Assembly: GCA_009914755.4 (NCBI GenBank)
Contig: CP068257.2
Coordinates: 31,744,001-31,808,000 of the forward strand
Source: the human T2T-CHM13v2.0 reference genome, Homo sapiens
Reading direction: 5' to 3'
Length of the DNA: 64,000 nucleotides
The notes under the pieces were generated by a model. It was not told the origin of the DNA. It did no database searches and worked only from the letters and a program-made list of their open reading frames with translations. The stretch's first letter is position 1, and each line of letters opens with the position of its first letter. The translations under genes and the position numbers were made by a program. Positions 53,488 through 64,000 of the stretch are shown piece after piece.

Positions 53488-54380
53488 CGTGATACCCTTA
53501 TTTGGCAGTGACACTGATCGTGAGAGGCTTCGTGGAAAGGCCATTTACCTGGAGACTCCACACATTGTCGTCCAGTGTTCCCTAGAGCCAGCCTTCCTCC
53601 AGTGCTGTGAGAGGAGGCAGATTGTTCTCGCCTCTAGATGAGGTTTACTGGGTTCATGTCAGATTCCGGGCCAGGACTCTCTTCAGAAGGGCAGGTCTGA
53701 GCCCTGTGTTTTCAGCCGTGCAGTGGCCAGCTGTGGCTGGTGTCCACACTCCCATGTGCTAATGGAGATGCCCAAAGAATGTGTCCAAAGCCAGTCCCTG
53801 CAGGTGCTTCTGCAACGCACTTCTGCACACTCTGCTCACTTAGCTGGGACAAGGGAAGCTGGAGAACGTGTGTGCTGGTGTCCCTGGGCAGGCTGAGTGG
53901 AAGAGCATTTTGTCACTAGCAGTCAATCCACAAACATCACTATGGCTGGTGGTGGGCCAGGCCTGACCTCACTTCTGCCACTGGGAGTTGTCTGGACTTA
54001 GCACCTCCACCAGAACAAATGAGGGGGCACAACTACAAACTCAGCAGTTCTTTTGCACAGAGAGAAGCTTGGCCAGATCATACACCTAACCCTCACCAAC
54101 CTGGAGTGCCCAGGGGAGAGAATCCAGCCCTGCTGTTGTGAACACACAGTGACAGGATTGTCTCCTTGTGTAAAATGTGCAGACATTGGTCTCTTAGAAC
54201 TTCGAGGACCCAAACTGTACTTTGATCTGAGTTTCTCTGGTGAATTATACAATGTGCATGCTTACTTAATAAATGCTTGATAACCCCTCATTGATAGCAC
54301 ATCATGAGTCACAGTCCTAGCCTGACCTGTGAATTATATGAAAAGCCTGAACAAATAGACTTACATGGCAACACTTCTCA

Positions 54381-54704
<324 letters not shown>

Positions 54705-54705
54705 A

Positions 54706-55077
<372 letters not shown>

Positions 55078-55152
55078 TTATATAATACATTGTATTATAT
55101 CTATAATACATATGTGTATGTGTGTGGTTTTCTCTTTGTAATTCTTTTTCAG

Positions 55153-55301
55153 TGACTGTCGGGCCTCCAGAAAACATTGAGGTGACCCCAGGAGAAGGCT
55201 CCCTCATCATCAGGTTCTCCTCTCCCTTTGACATCGCTGATACCTCCACGGCCTTTTTTTGTTATTATGTCCATTACTGGGAAAAAGGAGGAATCCAACA
55301 G
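55153..55301 (+). CDS. IFNGR2: IFNGR2 exon 4 (149 nt; V|TVGPPENIEVTPGEGSLIIRFSSPFDIADTSTAFFCYYVHYWEKGGIQQ); ends in phase 0 at a GC donor
   Basis: Acceptor attctttttcag|tg at 55151-55152. The only donor that reproduces the known QQ|VK junction is CAG|gcaaga at 55302-55303, a GC-AG intron. Confidence 0.88.
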
Positions 55302-56111
55302 GCAAGAGCATCTTTCTTTTTTGTTTGGATTTTCTTTTCTTTGCAGTTTCTGGCTTAGCAAAAGAAAGAAACCTTTAACATGGGCAAGAACAGGGTGTCT
55401 CCATGTCCCCGTGTCCCCATAGAGGCTGAGCCCTGAGCCTGTTTTCATTGTCCTCTTCAAGACCTGTTTTTCCACTCGGTTTGCTGAGACCTCCCTCCGC
55501 CAGGCTGATCTGAAGGGCCAGCCATCCTTTGATGTCACTCTGTGTCCCTTGTGTGGGGTTGAGACTTTGCCGGTGCCCTGCTTACGATGCCTTTGCCACG
55601 CTCTGTAGTTTGGAGGAGGTTTTAGTGGGCCTGGTTCTCCATGAGGAATCCACAACTACAGCCTGCAAGGCTTAACTGTATAAATGTTTGAACAGTTTGT
55701 GAAAAGGGCACATGCGAAATCGGGGGGAAACAGAGGGAGAAAGAGCTTTCCAGAGAGCAGTACCAGCAGGTATGAGAAGGCGTGGCATACGTGGAGAACT
55801 GCAGGTGCTTAGATTGGTCAGAAATGCAATCCACAAGGGGCTGTGGCAGGTGCTCACGTTGACAGAGGTGCATGACATCAGAGCGGCCTGGTCAGCCTCG
55901 GGGAGTATAGGAAAAAGCATCATGGTCTTGAAGCATCTCCAGTGCCTAAATTATCCTAGCTGCATTTAAGGAGGTTCTGTTATCTATGGGAACTTCATGA
56001 TTTCCTAAATTCAACATTATGATGGTTTTTGATAATAAGAGCTTACATTTATTGAGAGCTTCCTTTGTGTTTGGCTCTGGGCCAGAATTTTAGATACTTC
56101 ATCTCATTTCA

Positions 56112-56315
<204 letters not shown>

Positions 56316-56499
56316 TAATCCGTTTGCAGAGAGAGAATCCAAGTCGTTAAGTGGCTTGCCTCAGGTCAGCAGCGAATCACTGGCAGAGCAGAGCAGAGCA
56401 GAGATGCCTAGCTTCAGAGCCCTGCTCTTGACCACCATCTTTTTCTGCCACACGCTTTGTATCTGCACTTCTCCTTCATTTTTTTTTTTTTTAATTATT

Positions 56500-56790
56500 G
56501 TTCTTTTTTTGAGACAGTCTCACTGTCGCCCAGGCTAGAGTACTGTGGTACCATCTTGGCTCACTGCAACCTCTACCTCCCCGGCTCAAGCAGTCCACCC
56601 ACTTCAGCCACCCGAGTAGCTGGAACTACAGGCCTGTGCCAACCACACCTGGCTAATATTTTTAAATTTTTTTTTATAGAGATGGGGTTTTGCCATGTTG
56701 CCCAGGCTGGTCTCGAACTCCTGGTCTCAAGCGATCTGCCCACCTCAGTCTCCAAAAGTGCTGAGGTTACAGGCATGAGCCCGTTCCCAG
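56500..56790 (-). mobile_element. Alu (AluJ-like)
   Basis: gagacagtctcactgtcgcccaggctagagtactgtggtaccatcttggctcactgcaacctctacctccccggctcaagcagtccacccacttcagcc... Confidence 0.85.
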
Positions 56791-57614
56791 CCTCCTCTTC
56801 ATTTCATTATGGGGAATATGAAACTGGGAAGAGTGAGACTCACTGAAAAACAGACTTAGCATCTAGGAAATAGGGAAAAATCATTTCTCCATATCAGAGC
56901 TCAAGATCTGGGTCGATTAGAATAGAGGGAGCCTGGCAGAATCCAGAAGAGAGACTCTGCCTCTTCCAAGTCTGTCCTCTCCAACTGGATACGGTGCCGG
57001 AAATGCAAGAGATAGGATGGGCCCTCTGGCCACGCTTTTCTCCACCCTTTGGTTGCTTTCTTCACTCGAGGGCACCGTGTTGCCATGCTCCCTCCCCAAG
57101 GGCCCGCCCATACTTTTGTTTTTTTAGGATGGAGTCCATCCACTTCTCTGCACTGAGTCAGCCCCCAGAGGGCGAGTTGCCACTTGTATCCTAGAGCTGG
57201 GCAGGGCTGCCCAGCACTGGAGAACTCAGCTCCAGGACCCTGGGGCCAGCCTTGTTGAGCAGCAAGCTCTAATGAAGAGCACACAGAACAGGCTTCCACT
57301 GCCTGGGACCCGCTTAGCACCATGTCACTTAGCCTCTCTGGGCTGCAGCTTCCTCGTGTATAAAATGAAACAACTGAGCTATAAGCTGGAGCCTGTGAAG
57401 AGGAGCAGCCGTGAGGGCCCCCAAGTCCCTTTCCTCCATTTGACCAGAGCATCTGTACTTGGCTTCCATGATCAAAAGGTTCAAGGATGAAAATGACTCT
57501 GAAAGCCACCAATGTGATCTTTGTTCCAGCTGTGAGTCTGTGTGTTAGGGTCCCCAAGACCCACCCTAGATCGCTCAAAGGACTCCCAGGACTCAGCACA
57601 GAGTCACACTCTGA

Positions 57615-57715
57615 TTTCTTTTGTTTTGAGACAGAATTTCACTCTGTCTCCCAGGGTAGAGTGCAGTGCCACAATCTCGGCTCACGGGTTCAAGAGATTT
57701 TCCTGTCTCAGCCTC
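57615..57715 (-). mobile_element. Alu right-arm scrap
   Basis: ttttgagacagaatttcactctgtctcccagggtagagtgcagtgccacaatctcggctcacgggttcaagagattttcctgtctcagcctcc. Confidence 0.7.
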
Positions 57716-58127
57716 CACATCTGTGCCTGGCCCATACTCTGATTTTTTATAGCAAAAGGATGCAAAGCAAAATCGGCAAAGGGAAGAGGCACATGGAGGA
57801 AAGTCCGCAGGTGTCCAGGGGTAGGCTTCCAGGAGCCCTTCCTGAGCTGAGTCACGCAGGATACACTTCATTGCTCCACCAGCAAGCTGTGACTGCACAT
57901 GTGAACTGTTGTCTGCCAGGGAGGCTTATGAGAGACCCAGCGCCCAGGGCTTTTTCTGGGGGCTGGCCACATACGCACCCTCTGTGTAGCGTATGCCAAA
58001 ATTCCGACTCCCAGAAGGAAAACAGATGTTCCTCATAAAGAAAACACATTGTGCAAACAGTGTAGGGACGGTAAGCCACCTTACCAGTTTGGGAATGGGA
58101 GGGATAAACTTGAAATCCAAATTCCCA

Positions 58128-58450
<323 letters not shown>

Positions 58451-58726
58451 TCAGCTAAGGGTTGACCTGGAAATCAGGCCCTTCAAAGGGCATTAGTGTT
58501 AGGCCTGTTACGTTAGCTCTTCTGCAGTCTGTGACTCTAAATTTTAGGAATTCCAATTGAATGCTGAAATAAACCCAAAGGGAATTTTTGTCCTTAAAAT
58601 CGTGTCTTCCTCTGCCCTGGCAGTCCAACACCATTAAACAGAAGAAAAGAAAATGTAAAACCATCAAGTAATACTATTATTCATAGATCATACAATTACT
58701 TTTATATTTTTATTTTTTAATTTTAA

Positions 58727-59023
<297 letters not shown>

Positions 59024-59533
59024 TATTTTTGTATTTTAAAAAATAACAACATGTTCTGTATTTGAATAATCTGCCTTTTTTCAGTTAACAATTTAGCAGC
59101 CTTGTCTTCCCATGTTTTCAAGCATATGTTATACCACCATTTCATGTGGCTGTAGTGGATTATATTGTATCTCAAAATTAGAAAACAGTTCTTTGCAAGA
59201 AACCCTATACTGCCATAATAGGGTATCGCTGTTTTCCACTTTGGTATGGGACAATGACAGCCTTGCCAGGACAACAGGAGCCATTGCCTGGAAGACCAGG
59301 TGGGGAGGCAGCAAGGCCTGCTCAAGGCAGCAGAGGGATGCGCAGAGGAGACACAGAACCTTCCTAGAGTCTAGGGTCCAGTTGTCTCCTGATGACATAA
59401 ATCCTTAAGGTCATTTTAGCTGAAACTATAGGAGGCTCAAGCACATTTCGGTCAAACTAGAAGCAGGTTGGGAATGAAAGGAACATTATTTCCCAGAATA
59501 ATTTTTTCTCTGTTGACTAACTTGAGGTATCTA

Positions 59534-60142
<609 letters not shown>

Positions 60143-60447
60143 CAAAATGTTAAAGGAGAAAAAGATTATCCTAGAAATTGGGATTTACTGAAGTCTAGTT
60201 ACTACAATGGGCACTCTGAGACCTCACAGCCAGAAACACAGTTCTAAAGCTATCAGCCTCTTTGGCCACACAACACACCAATTTTCACACATAAAATGTG
60301 TCCACTGCCAGCCAGTGACCCACTAAAAATGGCATCTTGTTCTTCTTTGGTTGTCGTGTTCACAGTGAATTTGAGGAAACATCAGAAAAGATGTAGGCAG
60401 CTTGGCCATGTTCATTTACATGTGTGCTTGTGATGTTTTTAAAACAG

Positions 60448-60607
60448 GTCAAAGGCCCTTTCAGAAGCAACTCCATTTCATTGGATAACTTAAAACCCTC
60501 CAGAGTGTACTGTTTACAAGTCCAGGCACAACTGCTTTGGAACAAAAGTAACATCTTTAGAGTCGGGCATTTAAGCAACATATCTTGCTACGAAACAATG
60601 GCAGATG
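60448..60607 (+). CDS. IFNGR2: IFNGR2 exon 5 (160 nt; VKGPFRSNSISLDNLKPSRVYCLQVQAQLLWNKSNIFRVGHLSNISCYETMAD + g)
   Basis: Acceptor tgatgtttttaaaacag|gtc at 60446-60447; donor gatg|gtaaaa at 60608; in frame. Confidence 0.93.
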
Positions 60608-60947
60608 GTAAAATATACCTTCTTATGTCCTTTCTGAACTGGGAAAAGAATACTCCTCCAATAGTGAAATCGGGGAATGCTTATGAGGTCATGGGTGGTG
60701 GGAGTGGGGAGACCCAGTGAGAAGAGTGCTGAACTGCAGGAATAATGAGCTTGTGCTGAGATTTGCAGTAGTGGAGGCTACCAGACAGCTACCACTTGCT
60801 TTATTTCATTACAGGATTGACTTTAGCTATTAATGTAAGCATACCAGGTGAGGGTGGGGGGTAGAGGGACTTGCCCATTTTACTAGGACAGGAATGCTCT
60901 TTAAGCAGCATGGATGGAACATTAACTGATGTTTGTGTTGTGCGTAG

Positions 60948-61456
<509 letters not shown>

Positions 61457-61559
61457 ACGCAGACATCTTAATGGTGACACATCAGGGCCCCACTGCCCCT
61501 GGCAACCCCTAAGAGTGCAGCTGTGGGCAAAGCCGTGGACACAGAGATTTGGGTTACAA

Positions 61560-62080
61560 ATGGTATGGGGTTGTTTGTACACCCATGTTCATGTTGACAC
61601 GATTCACAACAGCCAAAAGGTGGAAGCACTCCGGTGTCGTTGAAGGATTAATAGATAAATCTTTAATAGATGGTCTTTCCATACAATGGAATATCATTCA
61701 GCCTTAGAAAGGAAGGGGATTGTGACACATCCTACCACACACATGGACCTTGAGGACATTATGCTGAGTAGAGTAGGGCAGTCACAAAAGGATACTGTCT
61801 GCTTCCACTTAAATGAGGTCCCCAGAGTCATCAAATCCATAAAGACAGGAAGTAGAATGGTGGTTGCGGTGGTGGAGGGAGGGAAGTGGGAAGTTCGTGT
61901 TGAATGGGGCCAGAGTTTCAGTTCTGGGGCTGTACAGAGTTCTGGAGATGGATGGTGGTCATGATTGCACAATGTGAATGTGCTTGGCACTACCGAACTG
62001 TACACCTAAAAAGAGTTATGATGGTACATTTTATGTTATGTGTATTTTACCACAATTTAATTTTTTTTTTTTAATGGCAT
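61560..62080 (+). mobile_element. L1 (old family) 3' end in IFNGR2 intron 6
   Basis: ...cacaacagccaaaaggtggaagcac...atacaatggaatatcattcagccttagaaaggaagg...cttgaggacattatgctgagt...cagtcacaaaaggata...gaagtagaatggtggttgc...gagttctggagatggatggtggtcatgattgcacaatgtgaatgtgcttggcactaccgaactgtacacctaaaaagagttatgatggtacattttatgttatgtgtattttaccacaat is near-collinear with the L1 3' consensus. Confidence 0.7.
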
Positions 62081-62455
62081 GGGGTTGGCTAAAAAGGTGG
62101 CCTGGCCTGGAGATTGGCTGCAGTAGACCCCTCTCCGAGGCAGCAGGTCTCCTCTGCTGTCTGGAGAATGCTCCAGGGAAGTGGCCTGGCTGGAGGACGT
62201 GAAGGCGGTGGAGACAGTGATCAGGAGCTTGAGCTTTGGGGCCCACAGGGTGCTTAGGAGGGCCCTAAGGCAGAGTCAACACCCAGAGCTGTGAGTGCCA
62301 GGCCCCGTGTACCCATTGCCCAGTGGGTATTGCTAATATTTGAAAGGACTTGAGAAAGAACAGTAGCGTGGGTCTTGTGGAAAGTCTTATTTTCCTGCAT
62401 AACCCCAGCCCCCTGAGGCTCTGTGAGGCCATTGGGCCTTCTGAGGACACGGTCA

Positions 62456-62833
<378 letters not shown>

Positions 62834-63875
62834 TCACATTATTCTTGGGTAAACCTAGAGTAAAGGTGTTGGAAGCAGAATGTTACTCAGTTACATGTGG
62901 GATGAACAGAGGTTAGATAAGGTCCAAGTCTGCAGAAACATAGCAGCACTTTCAGAAAGAACCCTAGTCACTTGTTCCTTCATCTGCCATGATGTATTGT
63001 AGGTACACAGGCAGTATACAGATTCCCTACTAGAACCTCCCTGGTTAATATTGTCACAAAATCACAGCTCCTAACAGGTCTCAGAATCTTACTTGCAGTA
63101 ATAATCTCTCTCTCTCCTGGTAGAACTACCAGCTGAGCCCCAGTACATGAATATACTATGAGTCATTCCTCTGAGACATGAACAGAAAACACAGGCCTGT
63201 CAGTTCACTTTTCTAGGAAAGCATAAAGAACATCCGCCAAAGGTCTCTGAGTTACATGGGAACAGTGAATCATGTTTCACTTATAATTCTGGGGTTTCAC
63301 AAGGGTACATGTTTTGGTTTTGTTCCTCTTTCAGTCAGTCAGCTACAAGCTTATTGTCTTCCAGTATCTTTCAGCATTTCCAAGAGCTAGACACTAGATT
63401 CTTGGTAACTTGGTGAATCTATGGCTAAGCCTAAAGCCTGCGGGAGCAAAAGGGAAATTAATCGCTGGGAAACACCCCTTTATATGTTAAGGCCTAAGGC
63501 CCTCGCTCCCAGATTCTCTGCTTGCTGTGCGCTGGTGCAAGGGGAGGGGTGGAGGAGTGCCTGAGACCAATGCTTGTGAACTTGCCCTCTTTTTCCCCAT
63601 CACAGCTGAACAAGAGCCCCCAGTCCCTCCTTCACTGAAAGGTTACAATTTTAGAGACGTCTTAAGATTAATAACCCACAGGCCTACACTGAGGGTTGCA
63701 AGGAAGAACTTGCTTTTCTTCCAATCAGAAAATCAGAAGAAAAAAACAAAACTTGCTTTTCCTGAGTTTTGCCCTTTTAAACTCTCAGCATATTAACATG
63801 GTCAGCCCTGGGATGAGTATTAAAGTGATTACTGAGATGAGGGGTAAGGAGTATTCAACTATTAGAAGTTGTTGG

Positions 63876-64000
63876 CTGGGTGAGGTGGCTCATGCCTGTA
63901 ATCCCAGCACTTTGAGAGGCCGAGGTGGGTGGATCATGAAGTCAGGAGATCGAGACCATCCTGGCCAACAGGGTGAAACCCTGTCTCTACTAAAAATACA
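63876..64000 (+). mobile_element. Alu (truncated by the window end)
   Basis: ggctgggtgaggtggctcatgcctgtaatcccagcactttgagaggccgaggtgggtggatcatgaagtcaggagatcgagaccatcctggccaacagggtgaaaccc. Confidence 0.85.

Noticed and set aside
56901-57599. 232-aa ORF on the minus strand inside IFNGR2 intron 4
   Set aside because: It is antisense to an intron of a well-defined gene, with no recognisable domain and a composition typical of random GC-rich sequence. I cannot exclude an unannotated antisense transcript, but nothing in the sequence (promoter, splice sites, polyA signal) supports one.

Overview
This window is human genomic DNA. From about 31.6 kb onward it carries the 5' two-thirds of IFNGR2 (interferon-gamma receptor beta chain, chr21q22.11) on the + strand; the first ~30 kb is the Alu-saturated region upstream of the gene. 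I identified the gene by translating the window: six + strand exons splice together into MRPTLLWSLLLLLGVFAAAAAAPP|DPLSQLPAPQHPKIRLYNAEQVLSWEPVALSNSTRPVVYQVQFKY|TDSKWF...HYRN|VTVGPPENIEV...WEKGGIQQ|VKGPFRSNS...[60 protein letters not shown]. These are residues 1-293 of the 337-aa IFNGR2 protein. The last coding exon (YLKDPTQ...LQTL*) lies beyond the 3' edge of the window. Exon 1 sits in a ~1.7 kb CpG island with GC boxes, an exact canonical kappaB decamer, a small upstream ORF and a GC-rich 28-bp minisatellite just inside intron 1. Intron 4 has a GC (not GT) donor. The rest of the window is dominated by about 75 Alu copies (roughly a third of the bases, many AluY-like with intact target-site duplications), a few old L1 3'-end fragments, MIR fragments and many microsatellites and homopolymers. 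There is no prokaryotic-style content (no CRISPR, operons or defence islands), and I see no evidence of a novel coding system. Almost all of the six-frame ORFs provided are translations of Alu, CpG-island or intronic DNA and were rejected. The observations worth follow-up are structural: the GC-AG intron, the promoter kappaB site and uORF, the intron-1 minisatellite, a ~430-bp local duplication at 97% identity, a 28-bp templated insertion inside an Alu, a near-abutting inverted Alu pair 300 bp upstream of exon 5, and several insertions that re-used the same target site. All coordinates for repeats are approximate (about +/-10 bp). Exon boundaries were counted base by base.
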